Shown here: positions 12,063-21,504 of the stretch, in pieces
Layout of the letters: each line of letters starts with the position of its first letter
Position numbering within the stretch: the stretch's first letter is position 1
From: Abditibacteriota bacterium
GTDB lineage: Bacteria > Armatimonadota > UBA5829
Assembly: GCA_017445025.1 (NCBI GenBank)
Contig: JAFSVJ010000090.1
Coordinates: 156-64,155 of the forward strand
Direction of reading: 5' to 3'
DNA: 64,000 nucleotides
The notes under the pieces: generated by a model
Told to the model about the DNA's origin: nothing
The model's input: the letters and a program-made list of their open reading frames with translations, nothing else
The model's database searches: none
Made by a program: the position numbers and the translations under genes

Positions 12063-12326
12063 ATGACTGTTGAGATTATAACTCCTTCAAAGATTCTTTG
12101 CAAAGAAGAGAATGTGACAAAACTTAAAGCTCCCGGTATTTGTGGTGAATTTGGTATTTGGAACAATCATGCCGGCTTTGTCACCATGCTTGGAGATGGT
12201 ATAGTTTCCTATACTATAGAAGAAGAGGGACAGAATAGAGATTGTAATTATAAAATTAAAGATGGCTTTTTCGGTGTTATGAATAACAGGATTATTATTC
12301 TTGCCGAAGAAGGTGAACTTCTTTAA
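12063..12326 (+). CDS. atpC: F1 ATP synthase subunit epsilon, short form with the beta-sandwich only
   Basis: 87 aa immediately after atpD. The N-terminal domain sequence is present (VEIITPSKIL..). No C-terminal helical hairpin is encoded. Confidence 0.8.
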   Translation: MTVEIITPSKILCKEENVTKLKAPGICGEFGIWNNHAGFVTMLGDGIVSYTIEEEGQNRDCNYKIKDGFFGVMNNRIIILAEEGELL

Positions 12327-12344
12327 TTTATAATGCACAACGTA

Positions 12345-12440
12345 TAAAAAAGAGTTTAATGGTTTTTTCTGCCACCCCTTAAGGGGGGCTCTTAGAAGGA
12401 AAGGTATTTTGCACCCCTTGGCTTTAGGAAATTATTTTGT
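12345..12440. repeat. Hairpin-repeat modules downstream of atpC
   Basis: CTGCCACCCCttaaGGGGGGCT and GCACCCCTTGGC resemble the CTGCCACCC modules at 48100, 22300 (rc) and 15860. Confidence 0.5.
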
Positions 12441-12449
12441 ATAGGTGAA

Positions 12450-12477
12450 CAGCGGAATTTATATCCGCTGTTTTTTT
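12450..12477 (+). terminator. Rho-independent terminator of the atp operon
   Basis: CAGCGGA-7 nt loop-TCCGCTG followed by TTTTTTT. It abuts the stop codon of the convergent regulator gene. Confidence 0.7.
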
Positions 12478-13492
12478 ATTTTAGATTGTCTTCGTTAATA
12501 ACTTTTGGATTTATTAATATATTGTATTCGTTAAATTCAACTTTATTGATTCTGTTGTTAATTAGGTCTACGGTTTTTCTTGCCACTTCTTTCAGATCAA
12601 ATTCAATTAAACAAGTTTTATATTCATCTATGGTTTTTATGTATCCTGAGGAGTGAGTTATAAATTTAGTGTTTTTTAAAATGCTCTGATATTTTTGAAA
12701 ATAGGGGAAAGCGGAAAGATATATGGTATCGTCCATAAAAACGATACAATCCGGGGCTTGTTTTAATGATTTAATTGTTTTGTTAAAATCATCCGAATTC
12801 ATCAAATTTTTATAGGATAGGGTTGTGTGGATGACTTTAAAATTATGAAATACACTGTCTATTGCATAATAAAGATAATTTTTCTTTCTTGGAAAATGAG
12901 TAAATATAATTATGTTTTTGAAATTATATTTTTGTATCAGTGAATTAATTTTAAATATCAGTTCCTGATAATTTAAGATTACTCCGGGAGTGATAATATA
13001 TTCGTAACCTAATGTTGATATTATGGGAGCTTTAAGAAAGTTTATTAGGTAGTTTAGGTCTTTGTTAAGTCCGTTTAAAAAGATAACTCCGGCTATTTCT
13101 TCAAATTTGACGGAAAGACTTTCTTTAATTTGAATATTGTCATCACCTATATACAAAATAGGGGTAAAACCTATTTCTTTAATTTGTTTTTTCAGCAACT
13201 CTATATAATTCCTAAAAGTATATTTAGAGTCCCCCGTATAACTGTCTAACCTGGTTAAAATAACTATATATTTTTTTTGTTTGACAATAGTTTTGACATA
13301 GGTTCCGCTACCCCTTCGGGCTTCTAAAATTCCTTCATTTATCAAATCCTTAATGGCTAAGCGAACGGTTAATCTTGAAACCGAAAGATATTCAACCAGT
13401 TGATTTTCGGAAAATATTTTAAAACCCGGAGACCATTTTTTGATGTTTATTTGTTCTTTAATGTAATTTATTACAGTATCTTTTTTGCTCAT
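12476..13492 (-). CDS. Transcriptional regulator with a GntR-type winged HTH fused to a LacI/PBP1-like ligand-binding domain
   Basis: N-terminus ENQLVEYLSVSRLTVRLAIKDLINEGILEARRGSGTYV, followed by ~270 aa of alpha/beta domain. It is a paralog of 18982..20013 and 31587..32666. Confidence 0.8.
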   Translation of the reverse strand: MSKKDTVINYIKEQINIKKWSPGFKIFSENQLVEYLSVSRLTVRLAIKDLINEGILEARRGSGTYVKTIVKQKKYIVILTRLDSYTGDSKYTFRNYIELLKKQIKEIGFTPILYIGDDNIQIKESLSVKFEEIAGVIFLNGLNKDLNYLINFLKAPIISTLGYEYIITPGVILNYQELIFKINSLIQKYNFKNIIIFTHFPRKKNYLYYAIDSVFHNFKVIHTTLSYKNLMNSDDFNKTIKSLKQAPDCIVFMDDTIYLSAFPYFQKYQSILKNTKFITHSSGYIKTIDEYKTCLIEFDLKEVARKTVDLINNRINKVEFNEYNILINPKVINEDNLK

Positions 13493-13616
13493 AGTTTTTT
13501 ATTTTTAGTGTTTATTTCATTTATATTATAAAACTATTAATGTGAAAAGTCAAATTTTACTTGGTGTTGTTATAGCAACTTTTTTGTGAAAATTTTGTAA
13601 AATTAGTGTTTTTCTA

Positions 13617-13646
13617 TTGACAATAAAGATATTTTTGTGGTATAAT
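13617..13646 (+). promoter_or_regulatory. Sigma-70-type promoter (TTGACA-18-TGgTATAAT)
   Basis: Exact TTGACA at 13617 and TGGTATAAT at 13638..13646, ~65 nt upstream of the pseudopilin gene. Confidence 0.6.
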
Positions 13647-13711
13647 ATATATGTAATAAAAGATTTTGTTTTGACAAGTTGTTAATACAAATCAAAAAAG
13701 TGAGGTTAATT

Positions 13712-14506
13712 ATGAAAAAAGGTTTTACCTTAATTGAGTTATTGGTTGTAATAGCAATCATTGCTATTTTGGCAGCCATACTTTTCCCCGTTTTTGCCCA
13801 AGCAAGAGAAAAAGCCAGACAAGCATCCTGTCTGTCAAATGTTAAGCAGCTCGGAACAGCTACACAACTCTACATTGACGACTATGATGAAACTTTACCT
13901 TACAGAATGAGGTTTGACGGTTGGCCGGGAAGTGAATGGGATTCATACCCCAGATGTAGCTTAGGTCCTGTTCAAGACCCATGGATTGGTGGTATTTCAC
14001 CTGCAGCTATGACATGGATGGACTGTATATTCCCATATGTTAAGAACGTGCAAATTTATGTTTGTCCTTCTTTCAAAAAACAAGTTAAATGGGATTTCTG
14101 GGACAAGAAACTTTATGTTCCCGGATATGGGTATAACGCTGACTTAATGCCTGCCGGTTCTACTTATGAAAATTGCTCTGCAAATCAAGTTGTTCCCGGA
14201 ATAGCTCTCGGAGAAATAAAGAACACAGCTGAAACAGTATTTATCTGTGATACCGGATCAGAAAACGGTAACAATAGTGGTGTCACATCATGGTCAAAGG
14301 GTGCTGTATACCCCGGTTTTGTAGACACTTCCATGGAAGCTTCTTGGGCAGGTTGGAACAGCGGACTTCGTCACATAAGCGGTGCTAACTTCTGTATGGC
14401 TGACGGACACGCCAAGTATTTCAAGAAGAACCAAGGTCCTCTTGAAACAGATGTTTACGCAACTACAGGTAACGGTGCCAAATACTGGAAAATCACTTTA
14501 CAATAA
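13712..14506 (+). CDS. Prepilin-type N-terminal cleavage/methylation protein with a DUF1559 H-X9-DG C-terminal domain
   Basis: The ATG at 13712 follows GTGAGG. The N-terminus is [28 protein letters not shown], and H-X9-DG is present ([12 protein letters not shown]). Confidence 0.85.
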   Translation: MKKGFTLIELLVVIAIIAILAAILFPVFAQAREKARQASCLSNVKQLGTATQLYIDDYDETLPYRMRFDGWPGSEWDSYPRCSLGPVQDPWIGGISPAAMTWMDCIFPYVKNVQIYVCPSFKKQVKWDFWDKKLYVPGYGYNADLMPAGSTYENCSANQVVPGIALGEIKNTAETVFICDTGSENGNNSGVTSWSKGAVYPGFVDTSMEASWAGWNSGLRHISGANFCMADGHAKYFKKNQGPLETDVYATTGNGAKYWKITLQ

Positions 14507-14523
14507 TTTTATGAAATTTACAT

Positions 14524-14551
14524 AGACCGAGTTATCTCGGTCTTTTTTTTT
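14524..14551 (+). terminator. Rho-independent terminator
   Basis: AGACCGAG-ttat-CTCGGTCT followed by a T9 run. Confidence 0.8.
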
Positions 14552-14576
14552 AAATATTAATTTTAATTGTTAGATA

Positions 14577-14605
14577 TTGACTAATTTTGAAAAAAGTGGT
14601 ATAAT
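14577..14605 (+). promoter_or_regulatory. Sigma-70-type promoter (TTGACT-17-TGgTATAAT)
   Basis: Near-consensus hexamers with an extended -10. It lies inside the open frame of the toxin fragment. Confidence 0.55.
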
Positions 14606-14986
14606 TATGATAAAACATTAAAAATAGATGATAGATTAAGGTTAAAAGGTGGCGGTCATGGACAAGCTAATTTAGATTTGTTAGATAAATATCATATAAA
14701 ATATGAAATTAATGATCCACAATATTCGAATGGTGTTAGAGTAGGTAATATTCCAAATCATAAAATAAAAACCAAACAATTCGGAAAGAATCAAGTATGG
14801 TTTCCTGAAAAGTGGACAGATAATGACATTAGGCGAGCGGAAGAACATGTTATAAGACTTAAAAATAACATAAGATCCCATGCTAATCCACAATTTGCCT
14901 GGTATAATAGAGTTAAAGTAGGAATTTTTACCTGTCAAGAAAGAGTAATAAGTATATTTCCTGATAAATATCAAAAGGAGAAGTAG
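14591..14986 (+). pseudogene. Orphan EndoU-like RNase toxin C-terminal module with no N-terminal delivery domain and no canonical start before the first catalytic His
   Basis: The frame is open from 14591 (..LKGGGHGQANLDLLDKYHIKYEI..NGVRVGNIPNHKIKTK..QVWFPEKWTDNDIRRAEEHV..VKVGIF..ISIFPD). The only in-frame start is the TTG at 14678, downstream of GGGH. The pattern matches my recollection of the bacterial EndoU/LXG-toxin CT family. Confidence 0.45.
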
Positions 14987-14989
14987 ATA

Positions 14990-15574
14990 ATGAAAATAAA
15001 TTGTGATGATGGTTTCAATCCCGAATGGGTTGAAGGAGCAGAACTTGATGGAAATCATCAAATACCTAAAATTATCAAACCGGATTTTTTTCAAATTCCT
15101 ATTGATGTTTTACCTTTTTCAAAAAGACATCAAACGAAAGATTATTCAGAATTTATTATTTTTTATGAAAATGACGATAAATTTGGAGCATTTGTAAAAA
15201 ATCCTGAAAAATTTTATGATGAATTAAAGCAATTTCCTGGAATAATAGGTCCGGATGTTTCTGTTTATGTTGATTCTCCTCTTATAGTTCAAATGGCAAA
15301 TGTTTACAGAAACAGAGCTTTATGTTATAAACTTCAAAAAGATGATTTTTATGTATTACCGAATGTTCATTGGGGTGACTGGAGAAGTTATCAAAAAAAC
15401 CTATTTAATGAACAATTTGCTTTCTTGGGCTTACCAAAAAATAATATTGTTTCGGTTGGAACTTATGGACAAATTAGAGGGAAAGATAATTTTAATCGTT
15501 TTGCGGAAGGTTTTGACGCTATGGTTGAAGAATTAGAACCGGAAATAGTTTTGGTTTATGGGTCTATGCCGTAA
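14990..15574 (+). CDS. DUF4417-like protein
   Basis: 194 aa. The motif string FYENDDKF..PE.., IGPDVSVYVDSP, ANVYRNRALCY, VLPNVHWGD and EIVLVYG resembles DUF4417 (PF14386) as recalled. It starts 4 nt after the toxin fragment. Confidence 0.55.
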   Translation: MKINCDDGFNPEWVEGAELDGNHQIPKIIKPDFFQIPIDVLPFSKRHQTKDYSEFIIFYENDDKFGAFVKNPEKFYDELKQFPGIIGPDVSVYVDSPLIVQMANVYRNRALCYKLQKDDFYVLPNVHWGDWRSYQKNLFNEQFAFLGLPKNNIVSVGTYGQIRGKDNFNRFAEGFDAMVEELEPEIVLVYGSMP

Positions 15575-15717
15575 AAAATATTTGGTAAATACAAAGGTAA
15601 AATTAAATTTGACTATACGAGTAAAATAAAAAAGGCATCAAATCAAAAGAAATGATGCCAAAGATATGCTAAAAGCATATAAAAGGTCATTTATATTATA
15701 ACATTTTTTTTAAAAAT

Positions 15718-15746
15718 AGTCAAGTTTTAGAGCTTGACTTTTTTTG
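15718..15746 (+). terminator. Rho-independent terminator
   Basis: AGTCAAG-8 nt loop-CTTGACT followed by TTTTTTT. Confidence 0.6.
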
Positions 15747-15775
15747 TTATGAAATTTAATATATAAATCAATGAT

Positions 15776-15805
15776 TTGAACTTTTTTCATAAAATTTGGT
15801 ATAAT
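15776..15805 (+). promoter_or_regulatory. secA promoter (TTGAAC-18-TGgTATAAT)
   Basis: Extended -10 TGGTATAAT at 15797..15805, about 130 nt upstream of the secA start. Confidence 0.5.
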
Positions 15806-15833
15806 ATATATAGGTGTATGTTTTTAAATTATA

Positions 15834-15897
15834 TCCATCCCCCCCGTCTTGCCTTACGGCAATCCACCCCCCAAACCTTTGGTTTAGGGGGACAGAA
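15834..15897 (+). repeat. Hairpin-repeat module pair in the secA leader
   Basis: The sequence is CCATCCCCCCCGTC-TTGCCttacGGCAA-TCCACCCCCC-AAACCtttGGTTT-AGGGGGACAGA. The same module order is found at 48075..48192 (+) and 22279..22345 (rc). Confidence 0.75.
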
Positions 15898-15935
15898 CTT
15901 TATTTCTATAATTTATATATAAAGAGGATTTTAAA

Positions 15936-18900
15936 TTGGGTTTTTTAACGAGTCTTTTTGACCAAAATGCAAAAGTAATACACAGCTGTGAAAAAATAGT
16001 TGAAAAAATAAATTCTTACGAACCGGAATTTGAGAAACTTGAAGACAGTCAGCTGAAAGATAAAACAGCGGAATTTAAAGATCGTCTCTCAAAAGGTGAA
16101 ACCTTAGACGATATTTTGCCGGAAGCCTTTGCTCTTGTCCGAGAGTCTGCCAAAAGAACTCTCGGTATGAGGCATTATGATGTGCAAATGATTGGTGGAA
16201 TTGTTCTTCACCAAGGAAGAATCTCAGAAATGAAAACCGGTGAAGGTAAAACTTTGGTTGCTACCTTACCTCTATACTTAAATGCTCTTTCCGGAAAAGG
16301 TGCTCACTTGGTGACGGTAAACGACTATCTTTCCAAACGTGACGCTCGTTGGAACGGTCCCGTATTTCATTTATTGGGACTTTCCATAGGTTCCATTCAC
16401 GGACAGAGTGCGGAAACCGGTGACATAGGCCGTTCATATATCTATGACCCTGAATTTAAAGTAGACTATGAAACCCCAACAGAGTGGAACGGACTTCGAC
16501 CTTGCACTCGTCAGGAAGCTTATGCTTGTGATATTACATACGGAACCAACCACGAGTTTGGTTTTGACTATCTCCGTGATAATATGGCTTTCTCCAAAGA
16601 GCAGTTAACTCAAAGAGAGCTTAATTATGCCATAGTGGACGAGGTGGACTCCATTTTAATCGATGAAGCCAGAACTCCTCTTATTATTTCCGGACGAGGA
16701 AGCAGATCTTCAGAAATGTATAACAAGGCGGATAAATGGGTTCGTGAGTTAAAAAAAGATGTGGATTATACTGTTGACGAAAAATTAAAAACATCTATGC
16801 TTACGGAAGCGGGAACTCACCATGTGGAAGAGATTACGGGGTGTGGAAACTTAAACGCTCCCGAAAACACTGATTTAAACTTTTACATCACCTCAGCTTT
16901 AAAAGCTCATGCCAACTTTGTGCGAGATAAGGATTATGTTGTAAAAGACAATCAAGTTATTATTGTTGATGAGTTTACAGGTCGTCTTATGTATGGTCGT
17001 AGGTGGAGTGAAGGTCTTCACCAAGCCATTGAAGCCAAAGAGCATGTTAAAATTGCGGAAGAGAGTCAAACTCTTGCCACAGTCACCTATCAGAATTTTT
17101 TCCGTCTTTACAACAAGCTTGCGGGTATGACGGGAACCGCATTAACGGAAGAAGAAGAATTTAAGAAAATATATGGACTTGATGTTGTGGAAATCCCCAC
17201 CAATAAGCCTATTATGCGTAAAGATAATCCTGATGTGGTTTACAAAACCGAAGAGGGTAAATACAGAGGCATAGCTCTTGAAATATTAAAAGCACACATA
17301 AGACAGCAACCCACTCTTGTGGGAACTCGTTCCATTACAGTATCCGAAATAATAGCAGAGTTGTTGACAAGTGAGAGATTACAGGTTATTTGTGCCGGAG
17401 AACTTTTAAGAGTGTATATTGATAATGCCAAAGATTTGTCAAAGGAAGAGAAGAACCAAATCTTGCAAATCGTAAATATGCCTCTTAATAATTTGGATAT
17501 ATACAAATTTACCAAAATAATGAAGTCTCTCGGTCTTGATACCAATATTATGGCTGACAGTAATATAGATTATTTAATCAAAATATTGGACGCCAAAGAA
17601 AAGTCCAAAGATGCCTTAAAATATGCTCTTAAACGGGGTATTGCCAGAAATGTTTTAAACGCCAAATTCCACGAAAAAGAAGCCGATATAATTGCGGAAG
17701 CAGGTAAAAGAGGTGCTGTCACCATTGCCACCAACATGGCAGGGAGAGGTGTGGATATTATCCTTGGTGGAAAGAACGCAGAAAAAACAGATCCGGAAAG
17801 CGATACAAACATAACAGACTCCCTTGAGGTTTTTGTTCCCATATCAGAAGATGATGTGGACTGGGATTTCAAAACTTGGAAGAAAAACAATGCTGAAAAG
17901 TGGGAGAAAATGCGGGACGTCCAAAAGGACATTTATCTCCGTGGAGGTCTTCAAATCATAGGAACTGAAAGACACGAGTCTCGAAGAATCGATAACCAGC
18001 TTCGTGGTCGTTCCGGTCGTCAAGGTGACCCCGGTCGCTCCACCTTCTTCGTATCTTTTGAGGATGAACTTATCAGACTTTTTGGTGACAAAGCCAACCA
18101 TCCCCTCTTGCAATCTTGGGACCCGGGACTTCCCATTAACGTTAAACTTCTCTCCGGGGTTATTGAAAAAGCTCAAAAGAAGGTTGAATATCACCACTTC
18201 GATCAAAGAAAAACTGTTCTCCAATACGATGACGTTATGAATAAACAGAGAAACACAATCTATGGTGAGCGAAGAAGAATAATAGAAGGGGTGGATCTCA
18301 GAGACACAGTTATTAACCATCTCTATGCCTCTGTGGATAACGCTCTTCACACTTATTGTCCCGAATCTCTTAGACAGACCGAATGGAATTATGAAGGATT
18401 ATACAGATATATGTGTGACCTTCTTTCCACAAAACTTTCTGAACCTAACTATATTCTCAAAGAGCTTGTCACATTAGATGATTTAAAGGCTCTTCCTAAA
18501 GATGAACTTCGTGACAAATTAACTGATATGATTGACGAAAGTTATAAGGCAAAGGAAGAGCAATTGACGGAGCCCTTAATGAGAGAAATGGAAAGGTATG
18601 TGGCACTTAAGACCATTAACGACTGTTGGATAGACCATTTAGCTGCCATGGATTTCTTGCGAGAAGGTATAGGTCTTCGTGGTTATGCTCAAAAGGATCC
18701 TATTTTGGAATATTCTAAGGAAGCTTTTGATTTATATGACCAGATGATGCTTATGATTCAAGATCAGATAGCTACAACTATGTATAGATTACAACCTGTG
18801 GCAGAAGATACGACTTTGAAGCATGAAACAAAGTATAGTGATGTAAAGGAGAATCTTTCTGAAAACGGGGAAGAAGCTCCCAAACAACAGACAATTAAAC

Positions 18901-18980
18901 GAAGCACACCGAAAGTGGGTAGGAATGACCCTTGCCCCTGTGGTAGCGGATTGAAATATAAGAAGTGTTGCGGAAAGTAG
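15936..18980 (+). CDS. secA: Preprotein translocase ATPase SecA
   Basis: The TTG start follows AGAGGA. Motifs present: [27 protein letters not shown] and the C-terminal zinc motif [14 protein letters not shown]. 1014 aa. Confidence 0.97.
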   Translation: MGFLTSLFDQNAKVIHSCEKIVEKINSYEPEFEKLEDSQLKDKTAEFKDRLSKGETLDDILPEAFALVRESAKRTLGMRHYDVQMIGGIVLHQGRISEMKTGEGKTLVATLPLYLNALSGKGAHLVTVNDYLSKRDARWNGPVFHLLGLSIGSIHGQSAETGDIGRSYIYDPEFKVDYETPTEWNGLRPCTRQEAYACDITYGTNHEFGFDYLRDNMAFSKEQLTQRELNYAIVDEVDSILIDEARTPLIISGRGSRSSEMYNKADKWVRELKKDVDYTVDEKLKTSMLTEAGTHHVEEITGCGNLNAPENTDLNFYITSALKAHANFVRDKDYVVKDNQVIIVDEFTGRLMYGRRWSEGLHQAIEAKEHVKIAEESQTLATVTYQNFFRLYNKLAGMTGTALTEEEEFKKIYGLDVVEIPTNKPIMRKDNPDVVYKTEEGKYRGIALEILKAHIRQQPTLVGTRSITVSEIIAELLTSERLQVICAGELLRVYIDNAKDLSKEEKNQILQIVNMPLNNLDIYKFTKIMKSLGLDTNIMADSNIDYLIKILDAKEKSKDALKYALKRGIARNVLNAKFHEKEADIIAEAGKRGAVTIATNMAGRGVDIILGGKNAEKTDPESDTNITDSLEVFVPISEDDVDWDFKTWKKNNAEKWEKMRDVQKDIYLRGGLQIIGTERHESRRIDNQLRGRSGRQGDPGRSTFFVSFEDELIRLFGDKANHPLLQSWDPGLPINVKLLSGVIEKAQKKVEYHHFDQRKTVLQYDDVMNKQRNTIYGERRRIIEGVDLRDTVINHLYASVDNALHTYCPESLRQTEWNYEGLYRYMCDLLSTKLSEPNYILKELVTLDDLKALPKDELRDKLTDMIDESYKAKEEQLTEPLMREMERYVALKTINDCWIDHLAAMDFLREGIGLRGYAQKDPILEYSKEAFDLYDQMMLMIQDQIATTMYRLQPVAEDTTLKHETKYSDVKENLSENGEEAPKQQTIKRSTPKVGRNDPCPCGSGLKYKKCCGK

Positions 18981-18981
18981 G

Positions 18982-20013
18982 ATGAAATATTTATATGAGG
19001 GTGTTAAACGAGGGGTTAAAGAACAGATAAAACGTATGAAACACGGGGACAGGCTCCCTTCTGAAAGAGAGCTCTCCGATGTTTATAAAGTTGACAGAAT
19101 AACTGTTCGTCGTGCCCTTAAAGATTTGGAAAGAGAAGGCTATGTGGTAAAAAAGAGAGGTGCCGGGAACTTCGTTAACGACAAAAATGTGGACGAAGAA
19201 AACAAGGTTTCTCTTCTTATGCCAACTTTTAGTACTGTAGAGCATTCTTCCATTTATAAGTCCATTCGTAAATATATAGACGAAAAGGATATAGCCATTG
19301 AACTCTTTGACTGTGCATTAAATAAGAAGCAGGAAGACGCCTATCTCGATTATCTTGAAAAGTGTAAGGTTAACAAAATTATCATTTATCCTTTCTTTAA
19401 AGATTCTGTCACAAAATCCTACGCCCAAAAATTAAATGCCATAGCAAATAAAGGGAAAAAGTTGGTTATTTTGGATCAATTCGTTCCCGGGGTGGATGCG
19501 GATTTTGTGCTTTTTGACAAATATAAGATATGTTACAGAATGTTTGAGTATCTTATAGGGAAAGGTCACAGAAGCATTGTTTATTTCAACACAGCAAACG
19601 ATAATACGGGACAGACTGCCAAAAGAGCTTACGACAGAATTATTCATGATTATGACATAGACAAAAATCCTCTCTTATATGAAGAGTTTCCCATTAAAAA
19701 CTCTCTTGAGCCCGCACAGAAAAAAATGGGGGAACTTATAAAGAGTGGTGTTTTCTTTACAGCTGTGGTCAGTCTTCACGGGTCCATTACAAACGGTATT
19801 TTAAGAGCATTAAAGGATGCCGGTTTGGAAGATAAGGAAGTCCTTTCCGTATATCATAAAGGTCATAACTTTGAATTAAAGAAGCCCTATGTTGTTGAAA
19901 ATATAGATAAATTAGGCACAATCGCTATGGAAATTTTGTTTTCAAATAATAACGACAATAACGGACAAGTTTCAAAAAGAATACATTATATTGAATCTAA
20001 ATTTATAAAATAG
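18982..20013 (+). CDS. GntR-HTH / PBP1-like domain transcriptional regulator
   Basis: N-terminus GDRLPSERELSDVYKVDRITVRRALKDLEREGYVVKKRGAGNFV. It starts 1 nt after the secA stop. Confidence 0.8.
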   Translation: MKYLYEGVKRGVKEQIKRMKHGDRLPSERELSDVYKVDRITVRRALKDLEREGYVVKKRGAGNFVNDKNVDEENKVSLLMPTFSTVEHSSIYKSIRKYIDEKDIAIELFDCALNKKQEDAYLDYLEKCKVNKIIIYPFFKDSVTKSYAQKLNAIANKGKKLVILDQFVPGVDADFVLFDKYKICYRMFEYLIGKGHRSIVYFNTANDNTGQTAKRAYDRIIHDYDIDKNPLLYEEFPIKNSLEPAQKKMGELIKSGVFFTAVVSLHGSITNGILRALKDAGLEDKEVLSVYHKGHNFELKKPYVVENIDKLGTIAMEILFSNNNDNNGQVSKRIHYIESKFIK

Positions 20014-20021
20014 GATAGTAG

Positions 20022-20780
20022 ATGTTATCGGCAATAGTTTTGGCGGGAGCTCCTGCCACAGGTTTTGATGAAAGTTTAAAGTCACGAGCAATGGTAAAGG
20101 TTGGAGGAGTCACTATGCTTGACAGAGTCCTTTCCGCTTTGACAAGCAAGTGTGATCAAATTCTTGTGGTAGGGGATGTGGAAACGGATCTGCAAGCACA
20201 AATACTCACTCCCGCAAAAACTCTTATGGAAAACATTGATATTGCTCTAAAAAAAGTGACCGGAGATTATGTGCTTCTTGCTACCAGCGATATTCCTCTT
20301 ATAAATAAAGAGTGTGTTTCCGATTTTATTGAAAAAGGCATCTCTCTTGACTGTGGTTTTGTCTATCCTATTTGTAAAAAAGAAAAGTGTTTGGAAAAAT
20401 ACCCAAATTTAAAGAGAACCTATGTGACAATAAAAGAAGGTTCCTTTACGGGAGGAAATCTTATGTTAATGAAAAAGGATTTTCTTCTGAGCATAATGCC
20501 TATAATGCAAGACCTTTACCTTGCCAGAAAAAAACCGGTAAAACTTGCTAAAATGATAGGCTTTGGAGTTATTTGGAAACTTTTATTATGTAAAATATTT
20601 CCAAATGCTCTTGATATAGATTATCTTGAGAATAAAGTATCAAATATATTTGGTCAAAGGGTGAAAGCTTATATTGTGGATGATCCCGCTATATGCGAGG
20701 ATTTAGACAGTCCCGAGGAATTAAAAGCTTTTGAAGATATTTTAGGAGAAAAAAAATGGGTGTCCTACAAGAATATTTAA
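20022..20780 (+). CDS. MobA-like NTP-transferase family protein
   Basis: N-terminus LSAIVLAGAPATGF...MVKVGGVTMLDRVL is typical of the nucleotidyltransferase fold. Confidence 0.6.
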   Translation: MLSAIVLAGAPATGFDESLKSRAMVKVGGVTMLDRVLSALTSKCDQILVVGDVETDLQAQILTPAKTLMENIDIALKKVTGDYVLLATSDIPLINKECVSDFIEKGISLDCGFVYPICKKEKCLEKYPNLKRTYVTIKEGSFTGGNLMLMKKDFLLSIMPIMQDLYLARKKPVKLAKMIGFGVIWKLLLCKIFPNALDIDYLENKVSNIFGQRVKAYIVDDPAICEDLDSPEELKAFEDILGEKKWVSYKNI

Positions 20781-21436
20781 AGAAATTTCAAGAAGAACAC
20801 AAAACGGATTTACCAAAATTTAATCCGGCAGAAATGGAAATCATTACCATTTCCCGAACCACCGGTTGTGGTGCCAGACAAATAGCTGACAGGCTTGCCG
20901 AGAAGTTGGGCTATAAGGTTTGGGACAGTGAGATTATGATTAGTATTTGTCAGAATATGGAACTCTCTAAGTCTCAATATAACCTTAAGGATGAAAAAGA
21001 TTTTGCCCTTGGTAAAAACTATATGGGTGATTTCTTTGACGACAAAGGACTTACTAATTTTACATATAAAAAAGAATTGACCAAACTTTTGTATACAATT
21101 TGTCTCAATAATAAAGCTATTATTATCGGAAGAGGAGCTAATTTTTATATCAAAAATGCACTTCATGTTCGCCTTGATGCCGATATAAACAAAAGAATTA
21201 CCAAAATTGCGGAAGATTTGCAATCCTCAAGAATTGTAGCTAAAAACTTTATTCAAAAAACAGATAAGGCAAGAGAAAAATTCGTTAAAACTTGTTTCGG
21301 TAAAGAGAGAGTTAAGAATTTTAAATATGACATAACTTTGGACACAGATAATTTTACTTATGACGATGTTTGTAAAATTATTATGGTGGCTATGGAATGT
21401 CACAAAGCCAATCTAAAGAGAGAATATATAGATTAA
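20756..21436 (+). CDS. Cytidylate kinase-like family protein
   Basis: It carries the P-loop-like ITISRTTGCGARQIADRLAEKLGY. The start is uncertain; an alternative ATG lies at 20834. Confidence 0.55.
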   Translation: MGVLQEYLKKFQEEHKTDLPKFNPAEMEIITISRTTGCGARQIADRLAEKLGYKVWDSEIMISICQNMELSKSQYNLKDEKDFALGKNYMGDFFDDKGLTNFTYKKELTKLLYTICLNNKAIIIGRGANFYIKNALHVRLDADINKRITKIAEDLQSSRIVAKNFIQKTDKAREKFVKTCFGKERVKNFKYDITLDTDNFTYDDVCKIIMVAMECHKANLKREYID

Positions 21437-21504
21437 TTCACAATAGTTTTGTATTATTTGTATTAATAATTTATAAATTAAAATTAATAAATAAGGAGTT
21501 CGAT

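Noticed and set aside
14681-15094. 137-aa minus-strand ORF across the toxin fragment/DUF4417 junction
   Set aside because: It is an AT-rich antisense ORF with Ile/Phe/Tyr-dominated composition. The plus-strand ORFs have recognisable domain-like motifs.
15633-15660. Hairpin GGCATCA-12 nt loop-TGATGCC after the DUF4417 gene, considered as a terminator
   Set aside because: No T-run follows on the plus strand. The T-run is on the minus strand, where there is no upstream gene to terminate. The hairpin at 15718..15746 is the better plus-strand terminator.
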